Of a DNA stretch of 64,000 bases, positions 12,241 through 25,729 are shown one piece after another (within the stretch, counting starts at the first letter, position 1; each line of letters opens with the position of its first letter). Origin of the DNA: Vicugna vicugna (taxonomy: Eukaryota). Under the pieces are notes generated by a model. It saw only the letters and a program-made list of their open reading frames with translations, was not told the origin of the DNA and did not search any database. A program made the translations under genes and the position numbers. The stretch is from assembly GCA_013265495.1 (NCBI GenBank), contig MU062380.1, forward strand, positions 6,762,542-6,826,541. Reading direction: 5' to 3'.

Positions 12241-13289
12241 TCTTCTTTTATGCTGAGGTATTCAAGATAGTTACCTTCTAAATTAAAGACCTCCTCTATG
12301 ATTTTAGCAGTTACCAAATGTTGTTCACCCTTCATAAGTATACATTTCTAAAGTTTCTTTAAACACATTTATTCTCTTGTTGATTTTCCTATGTAATCTA
12401 AAGATTACACGATCCACGGACCATCTCTCTTCTCTCTATCTTTTTTTTTTAATAAACAAAAAATCTTAAATCTCTGTATCCTTCATGGAACCTTATGAGA
12501 TAATGAGGCAAGTCAGTAAGAGACGCAATGTCCCTGATCACAACTCATAGCATCTTCCTTCTCCTCACTTGTCTCTTCCCGAATGAGCACTCACTCTGAA
12601 TAGTAAGTTTTATATGTTTTTTTTTACTGTCTTTTTGCTCAGTGAACATCTATTGAGCAAATGCTATGAATGAGTCAGTGTTACTATATTGAGGACAAAA
12701 TTGTCAAACTCAGGATTGTAATGTAGCATTATAAAGGCTAATTGTGTCTTTATTTTGTGTGTTGCATTTATGGTTCACAGTTCTTTACTTGTTTTTCTAT
12801 ATCAGATTGTAAAGTTTGGGATAATAAAGATTATTTTATTTATGAATTCTCTATCATAGGTCCACTACCAGGTTATGGAATGTTATGTAAAATTGATATT
12901 CAGTTCTATTTTATTAAAACATTTTTTTTAATTCAACTCTATTTTGGAACTTCAATATTCACAGAGAAGACAGCATGAGAAAAATTTACAAAACAATTAA
13001 AGCACTCAGGTCAAAGGCAGGCATCATAACTAATTTGTGGATGTCTACCCAAGGCAGGAAGAGCTTCAGGCCTTTCCTAAGGTTCTGTAGGTAACCAGTA
13101 CCTGAGTTTGGCCTGGAGCCTTCCACTCTCAGTCATGATGGGACACATGGCAACTATCCATGCCAGAGGAGAATGCACTTTCTTTGAGTAGTATCTTTCT
13201 CTGAGATTTTTTTCAGAGCAATTCCCGTTTATTTCATACTTTACTCATTTATTAAGAACTTAGGCATTTAGCAAGACAATATTTCCTGC

Positions 13290-14260
13290 CTGTTTATTCA
13301 TTCATCCATGTCTTCATCAGAATAATGATGGAAATATTCTAGCATTGGGCAACAGAGCATAGAAATACTTGCCCACAAGAAGTTTATGTTCTAGTGGAGG
13401 GAGACAGATAATAATAGAAATAAATAAGTAAACATTTTAGTATGTTAGTTAGTGGTAAGTACTATGAAACAAGAATTCAGTGGAAAGGGTATTCAAGAGT
13501 GTATTGCCAAAGGTGTATATGGATGCAATTTAAATAGAGAAAAGCACTCCAGGCTGAAGGGACAGCAAATGAAAAGGCCCTGAGGCAGAAGCTTGCCTAG
13601 ATCCAAGAATAGCAAGGAGGTCAATGTGCTGGAGGGAAGGAGTGGTAGAAAGAGAAGGAGATGAGATCAAAGAAATAATGGAATAATGCCAGGTTTGCAG
13701 GACTTTATAGGTCACCGTTAAGACTTTGATGCTAACTCTGACATGTGAGGCATTGGAGGGATTTGGAAAGATGAGTGATATAATCTGACTTATGTTCCCA
13801 AAGGACCTCCTGGCTCCTGTGTTGAGAATGAGTTGTGGTGTGCAGGATAGAAGCAAGGAGACCAATTTGCCTTTTGTAATAGTATTATAACAATAAGGAG
13901 ATGGTGATGGCTGGGCAAAAGTGATAGCAATGGAAGTAGAAGAAGTGATCATACTCTGAATTTGTTCTGATGCTAGAAGTGATACGATTTCATGATGGAT
14001 GAGGGATGGAGTGTGATAGAAAGATGAATTCAAGGTGTTTTGGAATAAACAACTGGAAAGACGGACTTCTAAAAATTGAGGTAAAGAAAACAACATGAGG
14101 GGCAGAATTTAAAGGGAAAAGATAGAGAGTTTTGTTTTGGATATATTTTGATCACCTATTAGACTTCCAAGGGAAGGTGTTGAGTAGATGGATGTATAAA
14201 GAAGTCTCGAGTCCAGTGGGGGATGCTGAGGATGGAGATATGTTGGATGTGATGACAGAT
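13290..14260 (-). mobile_element. L2 (L2a-like) 3' region
   Basis: Antisense L2 motifs: ttcattcatcc, tttatgttctagtggagggagacag, aggccctgaggcag, ggcattggagggatttgg, ttttgttttggata. Confidence 0.85.
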
Positions 14261-14289
14261 ATTACAGGGAATAGAAAGTAGCTCTAAAA

Positions 14290-14620
14290 TACCATCTTTG
14301 CCTTCTAGAAATGTATAATCTACTGGCTGGACATGATAGATATATAAAAATAATTAACAAACAATACAAAGTAGTAGATACACTATATTTACAAAGTATG
14401 TGAGTACCAAACTGAGTGCTGGTGCGAATTGTGGCATTAATTCCTAGAGAAGGTAGATGTACATTCAGGGAAGTGTCCAGAGAGACAACAGAGTCTGAAG
14501 TGATCTTGAAGCATATGTTGAATTTTAGTGGTTACAAAGGGGAGAGGTATCCTAGGCTCAGAAGGTAGGAAGTGGGAACAACACGAAACTCTTGAAACAC
14601 AGATGAGCTCTTTCCACCTG
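14290..14620 (-). mobile_element. Second, older L2 3' fragment
   Basis: atctttgccttctagaaatgtataatctactgg...tgatcttgaagcatatgttgg. Confidence 0.5.
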
Positions 14621-17174
14621 TCTAGGATGTATGTATGGAAATCCCACATTTGGTTACAAAATGTAGAACGACTGAAGAAGTAATGTGAACTTGATCTGGT
14701 AAAAAGTATCCCTAGACATTTTTGAGTTAATGAATATGCAACACACTGCTTTCAGTAAATGAGTCCGGTAGCCACATTGAATTTATACAGTTTTGCAAGT
14801 CCAGCTTTAGTACTTCCTCCAAAATATTGGCCATCAGAGTCCTGAAGCCTAGTTGATAAAGAAAAGATTATATCTAATTCCATAGCTTCGAAACACTTCC
14901 ACTGTTTTAAAATATGAATAGACCTAACAGGTATGTAAGTACAATTTATATGAAATTATTATCATGTTCTCAAGTTTATGCTTATGACCATTAGGAAGTG
15001 GTCATATTAACGTTATGAATTTGGATAGTCTGGGGCAATATGTATCTTTTTGCTCTAGACAGGCTGTCTTTCCACCCTGTAAGAAAACAGACATTTTTCC
15101 ATTGGCTAGTAAAAACCATCCGGCAGAAGGGGAAGCTAACAATAGGAACTCAGGAGGTTAAAATACTTTAAAACTCAAAACATGTTTGCCTTCCGTGAAG
15201 TGGCTGTATTTGCCCTGTTTCTAGTCACACCTTCATTTTCCAAGCCGACTGTCTAATCTGAGTCTTTCTCTGGAGATAATACAGGGTGCAAGCCCCTTCA
15301 AAGAAGGGATTTGTGCTTGCTGGCAGCTCCCGGAGCTCTGTTCTGTCTAGTAGTTAAGATCTCCAGAGTGGCTTATGGGCTTTGTGTAATTTCTATCTGC
15401 ACCCAGACAGCTGGACTTCATTTCGTTTTATTTGCATTTAATAATAAGCCGCCTTTCCTTAGCTGTTAAATTGTGAATAATCAAACACTATCAAATCCTC
15501 CTTCCCATATTCCAACTACACTTCCTTTGAAACAGACCCATTGGTAACACGCTGGTTCTGGGGAAAAGCTGGGCTTCGTGCCATGTATTTCAGGGTGGGA
15601 AGTACTCTGATATATTTCTTTGGGGGCTAAAAAATGCCATTTCTGATCTAATATGAACACTGGGAACAGTAGAGCCAGCTTTGTGGTGGATTCATCTTTA
15701 ATTATTAAAACAGGAGAGATCATTCATGCCTCTTTGAAGTTCTTATTTTATTTTCAGGAAAGGAAATGAATGTGCAAGTCACTACATGTGAAGCAGGGTA
15801 GAAGTGAGGGTAAAAGGAGAAAAAAAAAGAATGTCAGAAGGAATAGAAAATAGAGGGGAATATTGATTGTAAGAGGAAAGGAACTCTGGAAATTCGAAAA
15901 GGACAGAGATGGCCTGCTTGGTTAGATGGTACATAACTCTCAATAATATTTGGTGATATGTGGATTTGAGATCTCCTTGCTAAGTCATTGTCAGTCAGTG
16001 AAAATGCAACTGTGTGTTGGTAGCCACTGAGCTTAGGAGAGCTAATGATGAAGGAAAGGATGAGGAATGAGGGGGAACGATTTTACATATTAAGTCTTGC
16101 TGGGGAATTATGTCTTCTTGCTATGGATTTGGGAGGAAAACATACTGTTTCAAAAAAATTGAGAAAGCTGGAACAGGGTGAGGAGTTGCAAGGAGGAAAG
16201 AGTCACAAGCAGAATAAAAAGTCGCTCAATATCAGGCATCACAGATCTCAGTATGTGGTTTTTCTTTCTGTCTAAAATTGTCCAGTCCTGGTAATTAGAA
16301 AGTGAGCATAATGAGGGGGCTGGTCTGAGTCATGCTCTAATGAGTCAAAATTACAGCAGGCTGGCATCCGTTATACGGAAGTATTTGTGTGTGTGTATGT
16401 GGCGGTGGGAGGCGGGGGTGTCAAGGTATCATTTTTCAGGGGAGAACACTACTAAAGGTTAGGGTGTATTGACAGAATTGGTCATGGGCCCCAGGCCAGG
16501 AGTAGCAGAGGGAACACAGGATTTAGGTGCATTAATGGACTCTGTGATGGTTATTCTCAATGTTATTATTATAATCATGGATAATGTTGTGTACATATAT
16601 CAAAAATTAATTATCATTTAGTTGCCTCTCATGCTTGAGGAATTTGAGCCTCTTCTGGCTTACAGTGAAATAACCATAAGATAAAGAGTGGATTGGGACC
16701 AGGAAGATGCTACTGATGTATACAGAACCTGGATGTTTGTCACTGTAGTAAGGTTCCTCTTCATTTGATTGTCCTCTAACCTGATATATGTGGGATTAAA
16801 ATTAACTTTTCCCCAAAAAAGAGAGGAATATGGAATGGAAACAAAGACATTTGCATATCGGGCATGTAGAGCCCTAAGCACCTGGAGTCAGAGGACCAGA
16901 TTCACTAGTCCTCCAGCTGTAACAGCATCAGCTCCCATCTAGGACACATTCACGAAACAGGGCTCCTTTGCAAATGAAACAACTAAAGCCTCGCTTCCTT
17001 GCTGTTCCACGCAAATGTATAAATGTATAAGCTTATGTATTCTTAATGCCGCCAACCTTGCAATACATCTTAAGCTAATTAGAAACAGATTTCCCATTTC
17101 ATCATGGCTTTATATTTAGTTCATCAATGAGATTGTTTTTCTACAGAATCACTTTAATAACTCACAGCTGTAAA

Positions 17175-17600
17175 TGAAAAGGATCTCTTGGGTTGGACTC
17201 CCCAAGAAGTAGACCCTGAACTGAGGAACTGTGTCAAAGTGACTTACAGGAAACCTTTCACAGGTAAAACCAGAAGAGGAGTAGGAGAGTAGGGACTGGA
17301 GGAGAAGAGTACAAGATAATGCAGAATGAGAGTACAATGAGATAATGAGAGTGAGAGTACAATAGAATGCAGAATCCCACAGTGGGTAAGGCAGACCTCC
17401 AATCTGTCCTGATTCAGTGTTTATATTTCAGCACCTGAAGTCATTGGTTAATGGCTTTATGCAGGGAGGTGGGGGTGGTGGGGAGAGAATTCCTGGGCAT
17501 TTCAAGAACTCTGTATGTTTTGGCAAAAAATCTCTAGCAGCCTGAGGACAGCCCACTGACAAAGGGCCTCAGGTGCTGGCTGTTCTAAGTGCACCTCACT
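17175..17600. mobile_element. ERVL-class solo LTR (LTR16/33/50-like; family uncertain)
   Basis: cttgggttggactccccaagaagtagaccctgaactgagga resembles an old ERVL LTR terminus. Confidence 0.55.
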
Positions 17601-17929
17601 GGGAGACAATATTCATGAAAATGGTAGGGGATACGAAGGGATATGGGCAGAGCACTGACAGAGTCTACTGCAGAGGAAATGGCATTTCACAGGCTCCCCG
17701 TTGCTGCAAAACATGGATATTGTCATTAACTTCTTAGCATGGTCTTTGCTCTTTTCTCCATTTCCCTCCCCTGTTCCTTTCCAGCTTAACAGAGCTGCTG
17801 CCATTATCTCAAATGCACCATGTTGGTTTATGTTTCCTTGTCTTGGTGCATGGCTTTCCCTCTCTGAATCCCCATAACTAACCTCGTTCCTTTGATTGGC
17901 TGATCATCTCTTGCCCTGTCCTTGAAGAC

Positions 17930-18195
17930 CCTACTCAAGCTTTACCTTTTATGTGAGGTCTTCTCTAACTGAACCTGGAGGAATTTATGTATTCTTATTT
18001 CATTATAAAACTGTGGTGCCTTTATTCTCTAGCATGGGGCACATCCCACTGGACTGTAATTTTTAATTTGTATGACTGCTTACTTAGATTATGTTATCTA
18101 CATTTTTTTAAATCTCTGAAAACCTAGAACCCTTGGTCCATGTCTGGCATATGGTTAGTATCAGTGAATGTTGCTGAATGCAACTAAATGAATAT
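17930..18195 (+). mobile_element. L2 3'-end fragment
   Basis: tatgtgaggtcttctctaac...catgtctggcatatggttagtatcagtgaatgttgctgaatg. Confidence 0.7.
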
Positions 18196-20444
18196 TTAAA
18201 AAATTGCATGTAGGAGACACATTGAGTTTTTGACTTGGGGGTCCTTTTGAGGTATTCAAACCAAGTTCCCACCTATTATAAAGATCTGTATGTATTTTGT
18301 CCACACCAGTGGATATTTGGTCTGTTTATTTTTAGGTAATGTTTTAGCTAAAACTGTTACCTTTTGTTTAGGCAGGATACAGTAGTAATAATCAGCTGTG
18401 GGGATGCTTTCTTCTTGGGGTCAAAACCTCCACATTCTTCTCTTAGTCATTAGAATTGGTATTGTGCCTGAAATTCCTTTTTTAGTACTTTAAATAAAAT
18501 TTTCATAGAACTAGTAGCAGTTGTGTTGATGCTCAACAGTTTCCAGGTTGAGATGCCAGTAGAGAATATCAACATAGAACAGATATTAATCTCATGTGTT
18601 AAGTTGACCTGTCCCACTACATTTTATGGACATTCTCTCTTGCTTGTGTGTTTCCCCTCTGATTATGTCAAGGAAAGGGTCTCCTCTTGCTAAATCTTTT
18701 CCTGTGACCCTGTTATGCATTTGTAAATCATATGACCAAACTTTAGCAATACAGTTTCTGGCTTTCACTAGTTTAATGTGAAGAGAAAATGAAAAATAAA
18801 TAATAATGAATGGGTGTTATGTTATATTCAGAGGGATAAAGAATGTACAATTTGGACAGGACACAGACCTGTTGTAAAGGCAGAAATCATGGATGATCTA
18901 GAAGAGTTATGAAGTATAATTGGTATAAAAGTGATTAAAATGTGAATGTATCCCGCATCACTAACCAAAGCAGGCCCTATCTGCATGTCATCCTTCACTG
19001 TTAAAAAGTGTCTTCTCTGCTCTTTACTCAACTCTCCCCAACCCACTAGGATCTATATCATCCCTTGCCTATCCTACCACAGGTGGAAGTTGGCTAGCTT
19101 TTGGAATAGATACTAGAGAACCTGTGTTTGCATTTTTTTCCTCTATGCCATCTGTTCACAGAATGGATTACAGTTGCCTCCAGTTAAAAAGCAGATTGTC
19201 TTGGCCCCAGGTCAGGAGAGAAGTCTCAGCATCGTGTTTAATGGTTGAAAACCTCTTCCTCATCCCTGCAAGACTGGAATGTAACACCTGCAGTTAGAAC
19301 TTGGGTCCCTTGACTGGTTCCTCTGGCTATTACTCAGCAACCCTCTGCTGGAAATTCATAGGAGCACCTCTTTTTTTTGTAGCCTGGCCTCCTGTTTCTT
19401 CATCTCAATGTGTTTTCTATTAGGCTTATCATTTTTTTTTTAAAGTGACTGCTGTCAGCCTTGATACACCTTCAAATGTGTTTGTGCTCAGAACTTTCAG
19501 AGCTGTGTGAACATTAGGGCTAATGAAAGATCTACAGTTGTTTTTTGCCAAATCACTTTGGCATCATCTTCAAAGGAAAATTTTATGTGCTTCCATCTCT
19601 TTACTTTGTTTATTGGAGATCAGGGGCAGAGAGAGAAGACAGTGAAGCTGAAAATTAACATCTTTCCCAGATTGTTGGGCCACCACTTTGTAAGAGAGGT
19701 AAAAAGATGTCATATTTAGAATATGTATATTCTGTCTGCCTTCTCTTTCTGAGAGCTTCCTTTGGCATCTAGTAAAAAGAACTCTTATGTTCATTTTTAA
19801 AAAGATTTGCAAAAGTAGAAAAGTCCTTTTGTTAGACCCAGCCAATTGCAAAGTAATGTATCTTATGGGCAATAGAGATGGCTGTTGGTGTAAATTGTCC
19901 AGAGATGAAAAATGGCAAGAGTTATTGAGAATCAAAAGCTGAATGAAAAAGTACTCAACTGTCCCTTTACCTTTACCTTCAGGTGAACTGACCAAAAAGG
20001 TACTTGAAATTCTGAAAAATAGAAGTCAATATATGAATCTTCCTAATGACTTCCTAATTTCTTAATTGAGTGGCCTGACTTGTTTTCTTGATGCTTCTGC
20101 AACATTTGCTCTACTATGACATCCTTTTTTCATACCTATTCTTCTCAAATGTTCACCACCTTTCCTCCAAAAGTCCAACTTCCACCTGTCAAAATTCTAG
20201 TCAGCCTTCAAGATCCAGTATACATGTTACTTTTTCCACCAAGACTTCCCTGATCACAGTAGCTGGAGGCTTCAGGAGGGAAGATGACCTTTTAGATAAA
20301 TGAAAAATAATATATGCCACATGACTATACTGGAAAGACTGTGGAAAGTTAGTGGGCATTAAGAGTGGCAACGTAGATTATAACCAGATGGTGGGTTACC
20401 TTGAATGTCTGCTCAAGAGAGTTGAATTTAGGATGTAAGAGATG

Positions 20445-20660
20445 TAAAATCTGGATTATAAACCTGCCTCCACTGCTTTACTGACCCTGTGACCCTGGGC
20501 CTCTTTCAGAGTTAGTTTTCTTATCTCTAGAATGAGGAAAATAATATTAATATTAAGAATTTCACAAAACTCTTTTGAGGATTAAATAAAATAATACATG
20601 TAAGTTTGTTAGTACATTTCCAGCCAATGGTACATATTCAGTAATTGGTATCTGTTGGTA
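20445..20660 (+). mobile_element. MIR SINE
   Basis: ctgtgaccctgggc...ttttcttatctctagaatgagg...gaggattaaataaaataatacatgtaag. Confidence 0.8.
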
Positions 20661-20797
20661 GTAGTATTAATATTAATATCAATGATAATAATATTTTTGC
20701 TTGATTTCTTTAATTCACATTTCAGCAAGATCAGTGTACATATACCTACTAAAATCACCCACTGCTAAGGCATTCTTTGCTTGTATAAAACACTTGT

Positions 20798-21212
20798 TGT
20801 TATGGGCTAAATTGTGTCCCTGTCCTAAAAAAAAACCCTCCTGTGTTCAGGTCCTAACCCCCAGTGCTTCAGAATGTGACCTTATTTGGAGATAGGGTAC
20901 AGAGGTAATCAAGTTAAAATGTGGCCAATATGGTAGATCTTAATCCAATATGACTGTTACCCTTATAAGAAGAGGAAATTTGGATACAGATGGAACAGAG
21001 GGATGGTGATATGAAGACAAGGAGAAGGTGGCCATCCACATGCCAAGGAGAGAGGCCTGGATCAGATCCTGCCCTCACAGCCCTCAGAGGAGCCAACCCT
21101 GCCAGCATCTTGATCTTAGGCTTTTAGCCTCCAGAAATGTGGGAAAGACAATTTCTGCTGTTTAAGAAGTTAACCAGTTTGTATGTTATAGCAGCTCTAG
21201 TATACGAATACA
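20798..21212 (+). mobile_element. MaLR solo LTR (MLT1A/B-like)
   Basis: Starts tgttatgggctaaattgtgtccc, contains cagaatgtgaccttatttggagatagg, ends atagcagctctagtatacgaataca (TG...CA). Confidence 0.9.
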
Positions 21213-21382
21213 CACCCGCAGCAGTTTCCAAGGCATTCATTATCTTTTAAGTGACCTTCTCTATGCAGTGCCCCAAATGGTCACTAGACAGGGTGATCTT
21301 TTGAAATAGGCAACCACATTAAGTATGAGAGGCAACCTGAGATCCTTGTGAATCCTTAAGTTTGCAAAGGTGAGTAGAAGCT

Positions 21383-21520
21383 GGGAGGGGATAGCTCAGT
21401 GGTAGAGTGCATCCTTAGCATGCACGAGGTCCTGGGTTCAGTCCCCAGTACTGCCATTAAAATAAATAAATAAATGAATAAACCTAATTACCTCCCCCCT
21501 AAAAAACAAACAAAGACAAA
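21383..21520 (+). mobile_element. tRNA-Ala-derived SINE, camelid Vic-1 type
   Basis: Head ggggatagctcagtggtagagtgcatccttagcatgcacgaggtcctgggttcagtcccc (A and B boxes), then aaataaataaat...aaacctaattacctccccc and an A-rich tail. Confidence 0.88.
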
Positions 21521-22578
21521 TAGAGAATAGGAACACCTACTGAGGCACAGGCTGGATAGGCTTAAAGCTTGTTGTAACACAGCCTCTTTGGACTTGAGAT
21601 TCAACCTGGCCCTAGCTAACGCACATTTTATTCTATTCCTTGCACCTTTAGGAGTGCTCTCAAGCAGTGAGGACTATAGAAATAAATCCTTGGATGCAAA
21701 GATCTACCTTGCATGGCTGAAGTCAGCTTATGTGTACCCTACTGTTTGGGGCTCTAAGAAGTCATCTCATAGAATCATAACAGCTTGCTGAGAATTAAAA
21801 GGATTTTAATCAACTTTTTCATGGGGGCAGATAAGGAAACTGAATCCAGGAGATGGGAAATATCTTGGCCAAGGGTGCCTGCCCCTCATTTAAATTCTCC
21901 TTAATTTCCATCTTCCTTGTTAGACTATTAGAGAGATAGTCATATAAACACAGTATTTTCCCTTCATCTTCTTTTTCTTTGGTTTTATCTTTTATTATTC
22001 CTCCTTCTTGAGTTTCTTGTGGATGTAAGAGGATCCAGATTCTGACCCCGTGACTGAGAGCAGCTCAGTGACTTACACGCACCCTTGCTTGTCCTATAAT
22101 CCAACCAGCCTCAGCGACTGCTTAGCTCCAAGCATCTTAATAATTCATTTCACATATTCTAGGCAGTGTTGTTTCGACATACAGCTTTTGAAAGGGAAGG
22201 GAAGGAAAGTGGTGGGGGAGGGAGTTTTGCCCTGGGTATCCATGCTGGACTTCTTCAAATTAGCAAAGCATAATCACTTATAAAATCATGTGAGAGAATT
22301 GCACTTTCTAAAATATATGACTCAAAATTAAATATGTTTTCTGTGTGGGTGGACAGGTGGTGATATGCAAGGAAAGGGGAAAAAAAATCACTAAACGCCC
22401 CCTCAAAGTTACCTTTTCGCTGCTTAGGATTTTTAGATTGTTCCCATGCGCTGAGAACAATGCACCATCTGTCATCAATATTGGGAGTAATCCAACTGAT
22501 TTGTTAACTTTATCACCCTGTATATCCCACAGCACCCGGTACTCCTCGTTAATGAACCTAAATATATATTTGAGAATG

Positions 22579-22765
22579 CAGCGACTCCCAACCCCCACTG
22601 TGCATCAGACTCACCTTGTAAGCTTAATACAAACAACCCAACACAGATGCCCAGCTCCCACTTCCAGAAATTCTGAGTCATTTGGTCTGGGATGTGGACC
22701 ATACGTCAGTATTGCTTTGAAATCTTTCCAGGTGATTCTAATGCACAGACTGCTGAGGACAACTG
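22579..22765 (+). mobile_element. MER5A hAT-Charlie MITE
   Basis: cag...tgcatcagactcacc...ttctgagtcatttggtctgggatg...ccaggtgattctaatgcac...gaggacaactg. Confidence 0.85.
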
Positions 22766-24225
22766 ATTTAATGGTTCCATAAGCCAAGGCGATTGATGAA
22801 TGGGATGAAATGTAGAAATATTCCTCAGAATAAAGACAATAAAATGAGAGGCCACCTCTTCCTGAGTTGAGACCTGAGATAGCAGCCGCAGCCTAGGAAG
22901 TAACCAGGGTAATTGTGGAGGATGGTGCTGCCGTGTCTTCTCAAAACACATGATGCGTCATTATAAAGAGAAAGATGATAGATTACCACGTATTGCTGAG
23001 CAGAGATGGGCCAAGTAATCCTCTCGTTTGATTAATGAGTTTCTTCCTAAAGAAGTGAAATGGATTTGTACTTATTTAACAAATTCCCTTTACATGGCTT
23101 GGTTTGGGGTTAGTGGGTTTAGATCTCAGATAGAGGAGGGAAGTGCTAGTTCAAATGCAGCTATTAGGCACCAATACACTAATGAGCCAACTGTGGCATG
23201 TAATCAATGTGTGAAAAATGGGTAATTCTCACTAATGCCCTGCTAATGTTTTCATAACGATCTATCAAAGTACTGGAGCTAATTATTGTCATGGCAGTTT
23301 GGCCCAAGTTCACTGGCATAGTCCTGGCAATGGAGAGTGAGAACATATGTTGCCACTTTGAGTCTATTTTCTTATTTCTTCTCACATAGAGATCCTATGT
23401 GTCATGTTCTGTATCATTTGAAATATGTGCTTATATGCTTTGTTTTCCTTTTTTCCTGTTTTCCAAGCTCCATGTTTCATCTTTTCTTGCTATTTCCTTT
23501 TTCTTTTTTATTGCAAAAATACTGGATGGGAACTCAAGAGCCCTAAGATCTAATCTTGCTTCTATTGTAAGGGCAAGCCATTTCATCTCTCTGCATCTGT
23601 TTCCTTAAGTATAGGAATAAAGGGACCAGATAAGTCATAATAAAGGAATTAGGTAAGCGATAATGTCCTTCTTGCTTTAAAATGATAGAATTCTGGATTT
23701 CCCTTGCATGTCAGCTCTACGTTTGTGTCCACAGCATCCATTTTTATTATTTGTTTATCATCATGATGACTCATTTTTTAACACATTTGATGGGACACCT
23801 AGTAAACAAGGTACCTATGAGTAATCAATTGCATAGGAAATGGAGTTCACCTGCTTTGGATATTTAGCGGAAGAAGGAGAAAATTGAGCTTCATATGTGA
23901 AAACATAGTACAAAGTACATAACAAGGTGACACTGCCACCTCCAAACTTTCTCCTAGGTTAGTTATTCTCATGGAAAAACTTTTCATTAATAATCTCTTA
24001 AATAATGCATTATCATAGCAATGCCTTGGATCAGTATAAGCATGTAGTGAAGAGCTCAGATCTCTTCTCATCTTAGTTTTAACATCCCTGTGAGATAGTT
24101 GGGGCAGATAATAACTATCTTTGTTGATGGGAAGCAGGCAAAGGGAGATAAATAGCATTTATAGTCAAAGTGAGTTTGAATTATGCATTTCCTTTTTAAG
24201 CAATTTTTTTCTTCAAGACTGTTCC

Positions 24226-24254
24226 TGTGTGTGTGTGTGTATGTGTGTGTGTGT
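24226..24254. repeat. Interrupted (TG)n microsatellite
   Basis: tgtgtgtgtgtgtgt-a-tgtgtgtgtgtgt. Confidence 0.95.
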
Positions 24255-24425
24255 TAATTTTTTAGCAAATTCAACTCAGCATAGAAGGAACTATGTCCTT
24301 TTCCACCTTCAACTCAAACTGAGAGGGAAGTGCACTTTTTACTCCTATAAGAGGCAAAAGCTATAACAAATCTTAAATTTGGATTTTTTTAAATTTAAAA
24401 TAAATATTTAAACATTACCTTAAAG

Positions 24426-24637
24426 CAAAGACCAGCAAACTTTTCTATAAAGGAATAGAGAGTAAGTATTTTATTCTGTAGGCCACAAAGATTCTCTGTC
24501 ACATACTGTTTTGTTTTTTCTTTAATTGCAACTTTTTACAAGTGTAAAAATTTTTTTTTCTTGTAGACTTTAAATAAACAAGCAATAATAGATCATGGGC
24601 CAGATTTATGCCTTGGATCATTGTTTGCCAGCTCTTG
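24426..24637 (+). mobile_element. MER58A-like hAT-Charlie MITE
   Basis: Terminal inverted repeats caaagaccagcaaac / gtttgccagctcttg; 8-bp TSD remnant CCTTAAAG (24418-24425) vs CCTTGGAG (24638-24645). Confidence 0.88.
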
Positions 24638-25729
24638 CCTTGGAGTCATGCCCATGTTGTGTACTTCTGAGGCACTTAGGCCAACGGGAACATGGATGTT
24701 CACACGTAGGTGCTCAGAACAGGGACAATAACATCCAGATTCATTAAACTGGTATCTACAAGATAATTGCTTTGGTAGTCAACTTGACAACCATTGAAAA
24801 CAAGACCTATTTCATAGAAAGAATCAATTCTCCAGTAAGCAACATGAAATCTTGAATAGCAGATTTTCAAATTCTGTCAAAATCTCCTTGGGCTCCAGAT
24901 ATAGGTTGTTGTCCAGGCAATCTCCAGTTTATACAACTGATGTGTTTTTGAAAAGTGGCACTAAATTTAAAATTTTCAGAGTGAATCTTTTTTTTCCCCT
25001 TCCCTTCCCCATATAACTTCACTGATGGCTTTCCCTGGAAAAAATATTTTATTATAAGACATAATGAAGAGTATGCCATTTATAATACTAGTATTTTTTT
25101 CATTTTCAGCAATGAACAGTTTTTATCACTTTGTTCTCCTATACAATCCTCAGTGAGAAAAGTTAGTCAAGAGATGACCAATACGCACGAACTTTTGTAC
25201 ACATACAGTGTGCACATGCATGTGTACATGCACAAACCCACAAAACCAGATTTGTCACGTAGTTAATACCTGTTTCATCAAGTATTCCCAGTGATCCATA
25301 GAACTTGTCCATCTGCAGTAGAGAATCCTTAGTAGAGAGAGACAAAAGGAAATGATTTATAGGAAAGAACTCACCAACTTATTAATACCCTTCACTCATT
25401 TAGATGTGATGAAAACAACAGGGAGAAACAAACAAAAAGGGAGTAAACATCTCTTTTAAAATAAAGCAAACATCCCATTCCATATGAGTGCTGAATGAAG
25501 ACTGAAAACCTCAGTACGTTTTGTCAGAATTCACTTCAATGTACATATGGTACATATACTGTGCAATAAAGAATATAAGGTAGGAGGCAGCATTTGATTT
25601 TGCATTCTGATTTTGATGAGTTTGATGAATTAAGCCTATCAGTCTTAAGAATGTAAGTCCACACTGTTTGTTTACTGTAATAATAATTGTAACAGATAAA
25701 AACAAACCAAAAAAAAAAAATAAAGAAAA

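Noticed and set aside
13530-14096. 188-aa ORF, the longest in the track
   Set aside because: Lies entirely in a decayed L2 element; S/L/I-rich with no recognisable domain or splice context.
11430-14260. Inverted L2 pair as a dsRNA or editing substrate
   Set aside because: Both copies are ancient and highly diverged, so stable long pairing is unlikely.
21387-21456. tRNA-Ala(AGC) gene
   Set aside because: The stems are imperfect and the head runs straight into the SINE tail and A-rich end; it is a SINE head, as is the copy at ~48215-48289.
22194-22222. G-quadruplex motif
   Set aside because: Needs a 12-nt loop and is isolated; no supporting context.
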